Shown here: positions 46,914-59,049 of the stretch, in pieces
Layout: the number at the start of each line of letters is the position of its first letter
Position numbering within the stretch: the stretch's first letter is position 1
From: an uncultured Planctomycetaceae bacterium
GTDB taxonomy: Bacteria; Planctomycetota; Planctomycetia; Pirellulales; PALSA-1355
DNA length: 64,000 bases
Reading direction: 5' to 3'
Assembly: GCA_963785305.1 (NCBI GenBank)
Contig: CAWAUV010000008.1
Span: forward strand, 576,001-640,000
Notes under the pieces: generated by a model
The model's input: the letters and a program-made list of their open reading frames with translations, nothing else
What the model was told of the DNA's origin: nothing
The model's database searches: none
Position numbers and translations under genes: made by a program

Positions 46914-49900
46914 TCAGCGCGCCGCGCGGGCCGGGCTGCCGTGCCAGTGGCTCTCGCCCGGCAGGGTTTCGCCCTTCATCAGCAGCGACAGGTCACCCAG
47001 TCGAGCGCCGGGCTCCATCACCGTGTCGTACAACACGAGCGACAGCGCACAACCGTAGCCCGATCGCCGATGCGAATGGTCGACATTTTCATCACGCGGT
47101 CTTCGAACAGATGGGTTTGAATCGTGGCGTCGTGATTGAGCGCCACATCGTCGCCGATCGTGATCAAGTCGAACTCCGTGAGCGCGGTAGTTTCCATCCA
47201 CGCGCGGCGGCCGATCTTCGCGCCCAACAGGCGGAAGAACCACGGCAAAAACGGCGTGCCCTCCAAGCTGCCGGTGAGAAACAGATCGGCCAGGTTTTCA
47301 TGCAGCGCCGTGACCAATTCGGTTCGCCAGACAAACGCGCTCCACAGCGGCTTCTCGGTTGGCTTGTAGTGCCCCATGAGCGCCCACTTGGCCGCGATGA
47401 CAAACAGCGTGGCCGCCAAACCGCAAGCAATATAAACCAGTGGAAACAGCGCCAGGAGCGCCGGCAGCGACACGTTGGCCCGCAGCGCGAGAATCGCGTT
47501 GAGCAGCGCGCTCGTAATGACCAGAAACACGCTCGCCGGCAGCGTGATGCGAAAGAACTCGATCGTGGCCCGCTGGACCCAGAGCTTGCGGCTGGGCTTG
47601 AAGGTGTGCTCCTCGGCAAAGGCGGCGCTCGTTTGCCGGCTGGGCAAATAAAACGACGGCGAGCCGAGCCAACTCGTGTTGGCCGGCGCCGTGCGCGGCG
47701 CTTCGGGCGGCGCCGAAAGACAACCGATCAGCGCGCCCTCGCCGATTGTCGCGCCCGAGGGCACGAGCGCGCTATTGCCGATAAACGCGCGGGCGCCGAT
47801 CGTGGTTTCGGCGATCGTGATCCCGCCGCGTTCGACGCGCGCGGCGCCCAGACTCACGGCGTCGGCAATGAAGCCTTCTTCTCCGATCGACAGCAAATCC
47901 GGCGAGATAAAGCTGGCGGTCGAGATTTCGGCCCTTTTCCCGAGCTTCGCGCCGAAAAGACGATACCAGGGCGCGAGATAGATCGTGGCGTAGAGCGGGC
48001 CGACGACATCGAGACTCAGTTCGAGCAACTGGTCGACGAACCATTTGCGAAAATAGAAACCGCCGGCCACGGGATACGTTCCCGCGCGCACCCGGCCAAG
48101 CAGCAGCCACTTCGCCGCCGCGATTTCGAGACACAAAAACACGATGAACGACAGGGCCACCAGCGGCGTCGTGAGTAGATACTCGGCGTAGCTCACTCGG
48201 TAGTCCAGGTGATTCAGATACATCACTCCCGGCAGAAACGCGCCCAAGGCCAAGAGCGGAAACACGAACACGCCCGCGGCATACATGAGTCCGAGCCCAA
48301 TCCCGCGGGCCGCGCTCGGCCGCTCGAATACCCGCGCGGGGGCGAGGGACCGCGCCTGCGCGGCGGGCGAGCCGACCCATCGCTCGCCCGGACCGATCGA
48401 GTCGCCGGCGGCGAGTAGCGACAAGTCTTCAAGCTGCGCGTCGTCGGCCAGCGAAGCGCCCAGGCTCACCACGGCCCGCGTGCCGACAAACGCGCGCCGA
48501 CCGATGCGAATCGGCCCGAGATGCAACTGGCCGTCGGCCACGGTGTAGCCGGCCAAGCTGGCGTCGACGCCGATCGAAGCGTCGTCGCCGATCTCGACCA
48601 GATCGAAGCTTCCGCAGCTATCGGTCGCCAGAAACACATTGCGGCCGACCCGTGCGCCCATGAGGCGATAATAAATCGCCAGCAGCGGGGTGCCGGCCAG
48701 ATAGCTGGTGGGAACCACGTTTTGCATCGCTCCGGCCAGCCACCAGCGGAAGTAATACGCGCCCCAAAGCGGATAGCTGCCGGCTCGATAGCGGCCGATG
48801 AGAATCCATTTCGAGGCGATCACCACCGCCAACATCGCCGGATAGACCGCCAGCAGCCCCAGGCACGCGCAGGCCACGGCCATGAGCTTCGAGAAGCGAT
48901 CTTCCACCATGAAGGTATAAGTAAGATACGGCGCGAGCCACTGCAAGCTCGCCAGCGCCAGCGTGAAATACAGGCTCATGGCCTGGGCGAGACCGCAGCA
49001 AAAATGCATTCGCGGCGCGACGGGCCGAAACCGACTCCGGGAGCACGCGCCGGGATCCTGGTCGGAACCCTTTTCCAGGGTCGCATCCTCCGACGCGACC
49101 GGCCGCGCCGCTTCCCGGCTCGCCGCCTCGCTCGCCAAATGCGCGGCCAGTTGCTCCACGGTCGGATACTTATACACATCGAGCATCGAAAGCGATTCGC
49201 AGCTCGCGTGCTTGCGAAGCCGGGAGACCATGCGCGCCGCCAGCAGCGAATGGCCAGCCAGATCGACAAAGAAATCATCGTCGAGCTCGACTCGCTCCGG
49301 CGCGAACACCTCGCGCCAAGCCCGCCACACACGATCTTCCATGGCGCTCTGCGCCGGGCTCGATTTGATCCGCGCCGGTCGCCGAGCGCGGGGCCGGCAG
49401 CGAGCGGCGGTCGACTTTGCCGCTCGGTAGCGTGGGCAGACCCGCAATAAATTCGAAGTGCGCCGGAATCATGAACCGCGGCAGCCGATCCGACAACGTG
49501 GCCCGCAGCGCGACGCCATCGAGCGGCTCGCCTCCGCGCGGCACGATATAGGCGACAAGTTGTTCGATGCCCGCCGCCGCGCCGTGCGTCGTCACCGCCG
49601 CGGCCAATACGTCGCGACATTCGAGCAGCGCCGCTTCGATCTCCGCCAACTCGACGCGATAACCGCGAATCTTGATTTGTGAATCGGCCCGGCCGAGAAA
49701 CTCGATGTCGCCCTCGGCGTTGAAACGCCCCAGGTCTCCCGATTTGTAATACCGCTCGCGGCCATCTTCGTCCGATGGCATCGCGGGGCCCAAGCTGCCG
49801 GAAGCCGGAAGGAAGATGAACTTTTCCGCCGTGAGCTCCGGCCGGTTCACATAACCGCGCGCGACCGCGGGGCCGCCGATATGCAGTTCGCCCACCTCGC

Positions 49901-50981
49901 CCGGCGCCACGGGCCGCAATTGCTCGTCGAGCAGCGCCACCGTATATCCGGGCAGCGGACGACCGATGGTCACCGGCCGGTCGAGTTCGCAGTCGGCATA
50001 GGTGGCCACGACCGTTGCTTCGGTGGGCCCATAGGTATTGACCATGCGCCGGCCGGCGCGGCGCCAGCGGGCCACCAGCGCCGGTGGGCAGGCTTCGCCG
50101 CCAAGAATCAGAAGCCGCACCGTGGGTAGATCGTCTTCCAAGAGCGCGAGCAGCGTCGGCACGCACGAAAAGACCGTCACGCCCGCCGCGGTAAGCAGGT
50201 TCGCCAAGCCCGGACCGGCGTGGGCCATGTCGTCGTCGCCCACCACGAGCGCGGCGCCGGCGGCAAACGCCAACCACACTTCCTCGACCGACGCGTCAAA
50301 CGCGATCGAGAAACCCTGATACACCCGATCGTCGGGCCGCACGGCGAACACCGCCCGCTCGGCCGCGACAAAATGACACACGCTCCGATGCTCGACCGCC
50401 ACGCCCTTCGGTCGGCCAGTGGTGCCCGAGGTGTAGATGATGTAGCCAAGATCGTCGCCCGCGGGCGGGCGATGCGTGGCGTCGCGCCAGGAAATCGGCT
50501 CGGTCGATTCGCCCTGGATCGTGGCGGCGTCGTGATCGAGCAAAACAATGGGGCAGTCGTGTCCGGCGCCAAGATCGGCGAGCGCGTCGATGGTGATGAT
50601 TGCCGCCGCCTCGCAATCCTCGAGAATGAAGCGAATGCGATCGGCCGGATACTCGGGATCGAGCGGCACATAGGCCGCGCCGGCCTTGAGCGCCCCGAGC
50701 AGCGCAATATAGCGGTGCATCGAGCGCGGTAGCAAGAGCGCCACCCGGTCGCCTGGGCCGACCCCCGACCGCTTGAGGTGGTGGGCCAGTTGATTCGCTT
50801 CCTGGTCGACCGTCGCATAACTTTGCTCGCGGTCGCCCAGGACCAGGGCCGGAGCCCAAGGGCGGAGCGCCGCCTGACGCTCGAAAATCGCGTGGAGCAG
50901 CGGCGGCGAAAAACCGGAGGCGTCGAATGCGGCGTCGTGGGCCTCGTGCCTCTTTTCAACGCTCATGTTGGTCGGCATCAT
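46914..50981 (-). CDS. Pls/PosA-family membrane NRPS (A-T-TM/hexapeptide-like repeats); frameshifts near 49340 and 47055
   Basis: YTSGTTGRPKG, FDASVEEVW, YGPTE, SGD, QIKIRGYRVEL, SGKVDR; T domain DFFVDLAGHSL; three TM-pair + LxGAKxG repeats, QTHLFEDRVMK, SLLMKGE..W.GSPA. Confidence 0.9.
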
Positions 50982-51267
50982 GGGTGGGGTGTCCCGGGCA
51001 TTCGCGGGCGGCGCGAGAAATCGATGGTCGGATAAGCGGCGAACGGAGCCACGCGTCGCCCGAATCCAGGAAAATCGTCTCTCGTTTCGATCGCCGCGCA
51101 GAGGGGTTCCGCGTGATAAGACGCTAGATGAAACGCCGCGCCGGGGGTCGCGGCGTCGGAACCCAGGGGATTTCTAACAAGAAATTAACAACCCCCGCCA
51201 AGCGGTACAATATGGAAAGCCCGACCCGACGGCCTCGCCGGGCCACTTCGAACCCCCAAAAAGCCCC

Positions 51268-52326
51268 ATGTCCGAGTCATTCGATCCCTACTACCACTGG
51301 CTCGGCATCTCCCCCAAGAACCAGCCGCCCGACCATTATCGCCTGTTGGGCGTGGAGCGATTCGAATCGCATCCCGATGTGATCGCCGCCGCCGCCGACC
51401 AGCGCATCACGCATGTGCGCACCTTTCAAAGCGGACCGCGGGGCAAGCATTCGCAAAAACTGCTCAACGAACTGGCCGCCGCCCGAATCACCCTCCTCGA
51501 TCCGATCAAGCGCGCCGCCTACGATGCCGCGCAGCGCAAACAGATCGTCCAACAATCGCGAACAACCGCTTCGCGCGGCGCTTTGAACGACACCCCGGCG
51601 GCTTCGTCGGCGCCTGCCGCGTCGCCGGATAACAAGACGTCTCGGCCGGTGGTTGAACCCGAAGTTGGGCCGGCCGATCTTGCGAGCTCCGTCGGCGACG
51701 CGGCGCGCCTGCTAGCCTGGGAAGTCTCGCGGCTGTGGCTCGAGCATGTTCGTTTTCCGGCCGCATTTTGCGCGCTCGGCGAGCAAGTCTACGCCGAGGG
51801 ACGCCTGCGCGACGAACTGCCCAACGAGTTCGCGGCGCTCGAGGCGCTCGATCGCGCGGCGCGCGAGCGCGAGGCGAAATCGAAGCCGAAGCCGAAGCCG
51901 AATCCGAATCCGGCCGACGCCGCGTCGGCGAACGCCTCCGGCGCCGCTGGAGCGGCCCTAGCCGCGCGCCCCCGACAAGCCGCCACCAGTCGCCGGGCAA
52001 TTCTCTTGCGAGCGCTCGGCGCCGCCGCTTGGCGCAAAACCGGTCCCCAGGCCGCGCCGCCCGGCGAGCGCGAGCGGCTGGAAACGCTCGCCGAGGAACT
52101 CGCCGCGCTCGAGGCCGACATTGCCCGCGTCGAACGCGCGCGTCCCGGTCATGTGCTCACCCCGCGCTGGCTGGCGATTTGGATCGGCAGCCTCTCGGCC
52201 GCAATCGTGTTGGTGCTCGTGGGCATCCCCCTGCGCTTCGCGGCGCTGGTGCTGATCGCGCCGCCGCTCGGCTTTGGCGTTCGGCGACTGATTGCGAAGA
52301 GTCATGCTTCCAAAAACGGCGAGTGA
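51268..52326 (+). CDS. Planctomycete membrane protein with N-terminal J-like domain
   Basis: FDPYYHWLGI..QPPDHYRLLG..LLNELAAAR..LLDP.KRAAYD; two C-terminal TM helices. Confidence 0.7.
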   Translation: MSESFDPYYHWLGISPKNQPPDHYRLLGVERFESHPDVIAAAADQRITHVRTFQSGPRGKHSQKLLNELAAARITLLDPIKRAAYDAAQRKQIVQQSRTTASRGALNDTPAASSAPAASPDNKTSRPVVEPEVGPADLASSVGDAARLLAWEVSRLWLEHVRFPAAFCALGEQVYAEGRLRDELPNEFAALEALDRAAREREAKSKPKPKPNPNPADAASANASGAAGAALAARPRQAATSRRAILLRALGAAAWRKTGPQAAPPGERERLETLAEELAALEADIARVERARPGHVLTPRWLAIWIGSLSAAIVLVLVGIPLRFAALVLIAPPLGFGVRRLIAKSHASKNGE

Positions 52327-52469
52327 CTCCGGCAAAAACAGCTTCGGCTGCTTGCATTCGCGAGTTTTAGTGGCTTAAACTCGGGCGCCGCCTAATTGGC
52401 TTCCCAAAAACGCTACCGGTGCGTTTCGTCTCGAGTTCCGACGACCCTTCCCCCAGGAGAGATGGCGTC

Positions 52470-53711
52470 ATGCATATTCCTCGCGCGCCGCGGTTCATTG
52501 TGTTCATGGTCGGTGTTTTCGAGATCGCCGTCGTCGGTCCCGCGGCGCGGGTCGCGGCGCAAACCGAATCGTTTCGCGTTCAGGAGATATTCACCAAGCT
52601 CTCGGTCGGTTATGCCACGCGGCTCGTGGATATGAACTCCGACTCGCGGCCCGATATCGTGGTCGTCGACACGGACCGCGTGATTTGGTTCGAGAACCCC
52701 GCGTGGAACATGCACACGATTTCGGAGCATGCCACCAAGACCGACAATGTGTCGATCGCCCCGCAAGATATCGACGGCGACGGCAAGCTCGACTTCGCGC
52801 TCGGCGCCGATTGGCATCCGGGCAACACTCGCGAAAGCGGCACGATCCAGTGGCTCGCCAATCCGGGCATGATCGACGCTCCCTGGCCCGTGTTTCCGAT
52901 CGGCGTCGAACCGACGACGCATCGCATGCAATGGATCGATCTCGACGCCGACGGACGCAACGAGCTCGTGGTGCTGCCGCTGCAAGGCGCCGGCTCGACC
53001 AAGCCGAAATTCGAGGATGTGGCGGTGCGAATGCTGGCCTTTAAGATTCCCCAGGACCCGCGCTCGCGCGACTGGCGGCCCGAGGTGATCAACGACGATC
53101 TGCACGTGGCCCACAATTTCTGCGCGACCGATCTCGACGGCGACGGCGCCGTGGACCTGTTGGTCGTGAGCTTCGAGGGCGTCTCGTGGCTGCGGCGCGA
53201 GAGCGATGGCCATTGGAAGCGAACACTTATTGGCGCGGGCAACCAGCAGACCTCGCCCAACCGCGGCGCGAGCGAGGTGAAACGCGGCAAGCTCGCCTCG
53301 GGCCACGACTATATCGCCACGATCGAACCGTGGCATGGCTTTCAAGTGGTGATCTACACCCGGCCCGCGACGCCCGGCCTTTGGGACCGCCATGTGATCG
53401 ACGACGAGCTGCTCTGGGGCCACGCGGTCTGGACCGTGGATCTCGACGGCGATGGCGACGAGGAGCTAGTCATTGGAGTGCGCGACACGAAGAGCGCCGA
53501 GCGGCCCTCGGGAGTGCGCATCTACAAAGTCGCCGATCGCGAAGGCAAGCACTGGACGCGACGGTTCGTCGATCCGGCGGGCGTGGCGGTGGAAGACCTC
53601 GCCGCGGCCGACCTCAACGACGACCACCGCCCAGACATCGTGGCCGTTGGCCGGGCGACGAAGAATGTGCGCATTTACTGGAACGAACCGCCGGCGGAAA
53701 AGAAGCCGTAG
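52470..53711 (+). CDS. FG-GAP/VCBS-repeat beta-propeller, aldos-2-ulose dehydratase N-domain-like
   Basis: Repeated D.DGDG..D motifs, IATIEPWHG.QVVIY, GHAVW. Confidence 0.75.
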   Translation: MHIPRAPRFIVFMVGVFEIAVVGPAARVAAQTESFRVQEIFTKLSVGYATRLVDMNSDSRPDIVVVDTDRVIWFENPAWNMHTISEHATKTDNVSIAPQDIDGDGKLDFALGADWHPGNTRESGTIQWLANPGMIDAPWPVFPIGVEPTTHRMQWIDLDADGRNELVVLPLQGAGSTKPKFEDVAVRMLAFKIPQDPRSRDWRPEVINDDLHVAHNFCATDLDGDGAVDLLVVSFEGVSWLRRESDGHWKRTLIGAGNQQTSPNRGASEVKRGKLASGHDYIATIEPWHGFQVVIYTRPATPGLWDRHVIDDELLWGHAVWTVDLDGDGDEELVIGVRDTKSAERPSGVRIYKVADREGKHWTRRFVDPAGVAVEDLAAADLNDDHRPDIVAVGRATKNVRIYWNEPPAEKKP

Positions 53712-53786
53712 CAACCGGCGGCTTTTGCGCTCATGGCCGTACAACAACGTTTCCTGACGGGTTTTGACCTGCTCCGGCGACTTCAG

Positions 53787-54365
53787 TTAGTCCGCGTCGA
53801 TGCCCAAAATTAAAACGGGAATATCGATATCCGCTTTGCCTCGGTGCTCGAGGTCCCATACGAACTGCTCGAAATAGGAAACACCGGTCGACATTTCTTC
53901 AGCGAAAGCCTTCACCGGAACGATTTCAACACCACTGTCGATATGGCCGAGGTTTTTGACGATGGTCATCTTCGCGCAAACGTTGTAAACCATGAACGCA
54001 TACTTGCCGAACTGGACCTCGACGCCAAGCTTCGCCTTCACGAAGTCCATTTCTCGAAAGGCGCCGCGGGTTTGCGCTCGCTTCTCGTAGTCAGGGGAAT
54101 AAAAGTCGTTCGGATATTCACAGGGAACCCGAACCACTCGCCAACCGCCGATTTTGTCGAGAAACTCGTGCTTGAACGCCTTGTTGAGCGACCGGGGACT
54201 GAAAAGCTTTCTCCCGAGCATCGTCTTCTCGACGCTTGATTTGGTTTTGTGCGCGGACGCGTCGACGCCGCGAATGGCCGCGTTGACTTCGACGATTAAT
54301 TCGGGATAGCGGTGGGTCACCACTTCCCTGCCACCATTAAACGAATACACGGCGGCGATTTTCAT
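53787..54365 (-). CDS. BglII/BstYI-family type II restriction endonuclease
   Basis: REMDFVK..LGVEVQFGKY catalytic motif, GVEIVP, IPVLILGID; lower GC. Confidence 0.85.
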   Translation of the reverse strand: MKIAAVYSFNGGREVVTHRYPELIVEVNAAIRGVDASAHKTKSSVEKTMLGRKLFSPRSLNKAFKHEFLDKIGGWRVVRVPCEYPNDFYSPDYEKRAQTRGAFREMDFVKAKLGVEVQFGKYAFMVYNVCAKMTIVKNLGHIDSGVEIVPVKAFAEEMSTGVSYFEQFVWDLEHRGKADIDIPVLILGIDAD

Positions 54366-55348
54366 GATTCCCCGTTTTTCGGCGCTCTCAACCACTCAAA
54401 AGGGATTTGGCTCACTTTTTCTCGACCGCTTGGTTGATGGACGGGCTTTCCAAGCGGCCGATAAGGCAAGGCGCCTTCCTCGAAATCCCGAATCCGCTGC
54501 TTGGCGATTTCGATATAAGACGCGTCGCGTTCGCAGCCGATTCCGCGGCGTTCATTTCAAAGCGCGGCCAAGATCGCGGAACCGACACCGGAAAATGGAT
54601 CAAGCACTCGGTCGGCCTTGTCCGTGAGCGCAAGCACGCAACGTTCGACCAATTCGATCGGAAACTGGCAGGGGTGAATCGTCTTTTCCGGGTGATTTGC
54701 CTTCACATTGGGAATACACCACATCCCAGATTCCCATTCGCGCTCGATGAGTTTCCAAATATCCGACGGGTTTTTTCCCAAGGGATTTCCGGATGGCTTG
54801 CCGTATTTGTCTCCTGGCTTGTAGTGGGTTTTTCCGGGATATTTCGACGGCACGCGGACGTTATCGAGATTGAATGTGTAGGAATCTGATTTCGTGAACC
54901 AAAGCAATACCTCGTAACGTCCTGAGAATCGCTTCGAGGCATGAAGTCCATGGTCGAAGTGCCAGACGATGCGATTGCGCAGCTTCAGCCCGCGCTCTTT
55001 GAATAGGGGATAATAGAACATGTCGAGCGGGAAAACTTCCGATTTGTCGACGAAATTTCCCACCTGCCAGCATAGGGAGCCGCGATCCGAAAGAACTCGA
55101 ATAAGTTGCTGGACGATCGGTGCTAGGTTTTCGAGATACGAGGTGAGGTCGGTCGCTTGTTCATATGCCTTCCCGATATTGTACGGGGGCGATGTGATAA
55201 TGAGTTGGATCGATTCGTCGGGAATCGATTTGAGAGTCTCGGCGGCATCGCCAGCGAGAACCATCGCTTGAGCGTGCTCGTTGAATTCGTTTGAAAAACG
55301 AATTGCTCCATCCTACAATAGGCTTCGTTGTGCTTGTTGTTTCGCCAT
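54362..55348 (-). pseudogene. N4-C/N6-A DNA methyltransferase (beta class) with two in-frame stops
   Basis: TSPPY, HPCQFP, VLDPFSGVGS; TAG at 55313-55315 and TGA at 54557-54559; the frame continues NERRGIGCERD.. to an ATGA overlap with the REase. Confidence 0.8.
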
Positions 55349-55782
55349 GGTCCGCGAACTCGCTCTCCGCCTTTGAATTCGTTTAATGAGCTCGCCGCGT
55401 TTGCGTCAGGCTCGCTCGGAGGCCGCGACCCACGCCGCGTTTTATTAATTTTAATCCGACTAAGGAATTCGATTTTGGCGTAGGGCCTATTCGGCAACTC
55501 GCCCGTTCCGCGTATGGGAAAGGGTAGGGTGAGTGCTCACCGAAGTTGTTGGATAGGCTCTTAAGTAGTCGACGCTCGCCCTCTTGCTCCAATCGCGATC
55601 AAGGGCGGAGTTGCCGGAAATTGGACTTGCAATCTTCCACGGATATTTGCCCATCCGCGCGAATCGGGGCTCGCCCGCCCTGGCACGCATCTTACCGCGT
55701 CGCGCGAGGCAGTTGTAGTGGCTGGGCCTAATTATACCGAGGCGATTTCTCGCCCCCGGGCAGCGCTTTCGGCGCGGGCGGC

Positions 55783-57767
55783 TCAGGTATCGAGCCAGTG
55801 GCGGTGCCAGAGTTCCAGCGAGCAGGAGCGCCCAGAGGCGGTGGCCGTGGTCCCAGGCGCCGCTGGCATGTTCGGAGAGCAGACGATCGATGGCCGCGGG
55901 CCGGAAGTAGCCACGCTCGAGCGATCGGCCGTCGAGCAAGGTCTCGCGAGCACGCGCGGCCAGCGAGCCGCGAAACCAGCGGGCCACCGGCGCCGCGAAG
56001 CCCTGCTTGGGCCGGCGGGCGATCGGCCGCGGCAAGAGCTCGGCGAAAGCTCGCTTGAGAATCCACTTCGTTTGCCCGCCGCGGAGCTTCATCCTCAGCG
56101 GCAAGCTGGCCACGAGCTCGACAAGTCGGTGGTCGAGAAAAGGCTGCCGGCATTCGAGGCCATAAGCCATCGAAGCCATGTCGACTTTCGTGAGCAGATC
56201 GCAGGGCAAATAGGTGGTCATGTCGGCGAGGCTCGCCGCCGACACCGCGTCGCGCCTCCCGCCGCGCTCAAACGCCTCGGCGAGAAAATCGAAAGGGTCG
56301 CCGCTCGCCGATGGCATGTCGCCGCCGTCGCCAAGCAGCGCGCCGCCCACGCGCTCGGCGGCGAGTCGGGCGACGAATTCATCGCTGTAGAGCTCGGCGC
56401 AACGCGCGAAGTGAAACACGCTGATCCATTCGGCATAGCGCCGGGAGCCGCTTTGGTCGAGCGCCTCGGCAAAGCGCCCCAGCCGCCGGCGCCACGGCGC
56501 TGCGGTCCGCTCTCGGCGGCGCGCGGAACCAGCGCGAGGTCAAGAGCCGGCGGCCCGGCGTCGGCAGGCGGTCGGCGCGCTCGGCCCATTGCACCGCCAG
56601 ATATCGCAAGTAGCCGATGAAGAGCTCGTCGCCGCCATCGCCGGTGAGCGCCACTTTCACATGCTCGCGCGAGTCGGGCCACGCACAGCGTCGGCAGCGC
56701 CGAGCTATCGCCAAACGGCTCGTCAAACGTGGCGACGAACCGCGGGAGCATATCCTCGGCATCGAGATCAACTTGCAGGTCGTGGTGTTCGGCGCCGAGC
56801 GACTCCGCCGCCAATCGCGCCCAGCGACTTTCGTCGTAGCTCGGGTCGGCAAAGCCAATGGCGAAGGTGCGGATCGGGGCCGATGTCGCCGGCGCATCAG
56901 CCCGGCCACGAGCGTCGAATCGACGCCGCCCGAGAGAAAGGCGCCGAGCGGCACATCGCTCCGCATTCTCGCGCGCACCGAGTCTTCGAGCCCGGCGCGC
57001 ACCGCGTCGACCGCCTCGGCGTCGGAAAGGTCGATCTCGCGCGAAAAATCGGGTCGCCAATAGCAGCCGATGCGAAATGAGCCCGGCTCGACCACGGCCC
57101 AGTGCGCCGGCGGCAGTTTCGACACGCCGGCAAGGATCGTCCGCGGATGCGGGACATATTGATACATGAGAAACGCGTCGATCGCCGTGGGGTCGACCGC
57201 GCGACCGATGCCCGGCGCCGCGAGAAGGCTTTTGAGTTCGCTGGCGAAAAGCAACCGGCGCCGATCGTGGGTATAAACGAGCGGCTTCTTGCCCAAGCGG
57301 TCGCGGGCGAGCACCAGCCGGCGGCGGCGCGAGTCCCACAGGGCCAGGGCAAACATGCCGTCGAGCCGCGCGAGAAAGTCGAGTCCCTCGTCTTCATAGA
57401 GATGCACGAGCGTTTCGGTATCGCTTTCCGAACGCAGGCGATGTCCGGCGCCCTCGAGCCGTCGACGGAGCTCGCGATAATTGTAGATTTCGCCGTTGAA
57501 GGTGACCCACACCGAGCCGTCTTCATTCGAGAGCGGCTGATGTCCACCTTCTAGGTCGATAATCGAAAGCCGGCGATGCCCCAGCGCCACGCCACCTCGG
57601 CGCGAGCGACCCTCGGAATCGAGTTCGCCGGGAAGGTCGAACGTGGACCGGAAGTAGCCCTCGTCGTCGGGCCCGCGATGCTCGAGCGCCCGAGTCATGC
57701 GGTGGAGCGAATCTTCGTCGAGAGCGGAGGCTGGGTCGAACCAAATTCCGCCGGCGATTCCGCACAT
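55783..57767 (-). CDS. asnB: Asparagine synthase (glutamine-hydrolysing) family amidotransferase; several frameshifts
   Basis: MCGIAG, HRGPD, RLSIID, FNGEIYN, LSGGVDS, GDGGDELF, KVDMASM..LECRQPFLD. Confidence 0.92.
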
Positions 57768-57797
57768 GACGAGAGGCAATCTTTGGGGACAACAGGT

Positions 57798-58980
57798 TCA
57801 AGGCGCCGCGGCCGCGGTCGGGGCTGACCGCGCGGGCGCTAGGAGCTCACGATACAGCGAGGCGAATCGCGCGACCATTGTTTCGACGCTGAATTCCCGC
57901 GCCACGCGCTCGCGGCCCGCCGCGCCCAGCCGCCGGGCGAGCAGTGGGTCCTCGAGCAGCCGGTAGGCATGTTTCGCGAGCGCCGCGCGATCGCCCACGG
58001 GAGCCAGAAAACCGGTCTCGCCAGGCACGACTAGGTCGCGCACCCCGGGAATATCGGTCGCCACCACCGGCAGCCCGGAGGCCATGGCTTCCATTACCGC
58101 GTTGGGCATTCCCTCGTAGCCACTCGTGAGCCAGAGCAATTGGCAGTGGGGGAGAATGCGGGCCACGTCGTCGCGATGGCCGAGAAAATGCACCTGATCG
58201 TCGATATGACACAAGCGACGATAGCGCTCGAGCGCCGCCCGCTCGGGACCATCGCCCACGATCAAGAGATGCACGTCGGAGAAGAGCACTTTCAAAAGAT
58301 CGGCGGCCCAGATCGCGTCTTTGACGCGTTTCTGCGGCCAAAGCCGCGCGACGAGCGCGATCAACCTCGCTTCGGGCGGCAGGCCCAACTCGGCCAAGAA
58401 GGCGGCGCGACCGGCGACGTCGGGCGGCGCTGCCCCGGAAGATGACGCGAACTCAAGCGACGGCGCATCCTCGGGTAGCGGCACGCCATTGGGAATAATA
58501 CGAAAGAGGCCCGGCGGGAGGCCCTCGCGGACATAAAAATCGCGCACTCCCGGGCTATTGACCACGATGGCGCGCGTTCCCCGGGCGAGCAGGCGATCGA
58601 TCGCCAGTTCGCGCCACGATTTCCAAGGATCGCGACACCGCTCGCTGGCCAGCACCACGGGAACTCCGGCGCAGGATTGCCGCGAGCCGACCATAGCTAT
58701 TGGCGGCGAAGAGCCACGTTTGCACTAAGTTGGGCCGGAGGCGGCGAATCTGCTTTTCCAATTGAAAATACGCCGCCGGGTCGAACTTCCATCGCTTGCC
58801 GATCACGGAGACTTCGGCCCCGGCCGCTTCGAGGTCGGCGGCCAGGGGACCGCCGCGCGTGAGCGCGCAGACATGGGTTTCGAATTCGTCGCGCGCGAGG
58901 CCCGCGGCGAGCAACGTGAGTTGCTTTTCGGCGCCGCCGCGGTCGAGTGTCGGAATAATGTGGAGAATGCGATGCGGCAT
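57798..58980 (-). CDS. Glycosyltransferase family 4 (frameshift near 58670)
   Basis: GGAEKQL, IPNG, EGMPNAVMEAMASGLPVVATD. Confidence 0.92.
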
Positions 58981-59049
58981 GCGGGTCGATCGAGAAGTTG
59001 GGCGAGCGATCCCAAGGCATGGGTGAACGGGAACGACCGACGCCGCGGT

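Noticed and set aside
54557..54559. Selenocysteine or alternative genetic code at the MTase TGA
   Set aside because: Not a Cys position, the same gene also has a TAG, and TGA terminates many genes in the window
55681..55696. TGGCAC-N5-TTACC sigma-54-like box
   Set aside because: The -12 GC is broken and it points antisense into the asnB 3' end
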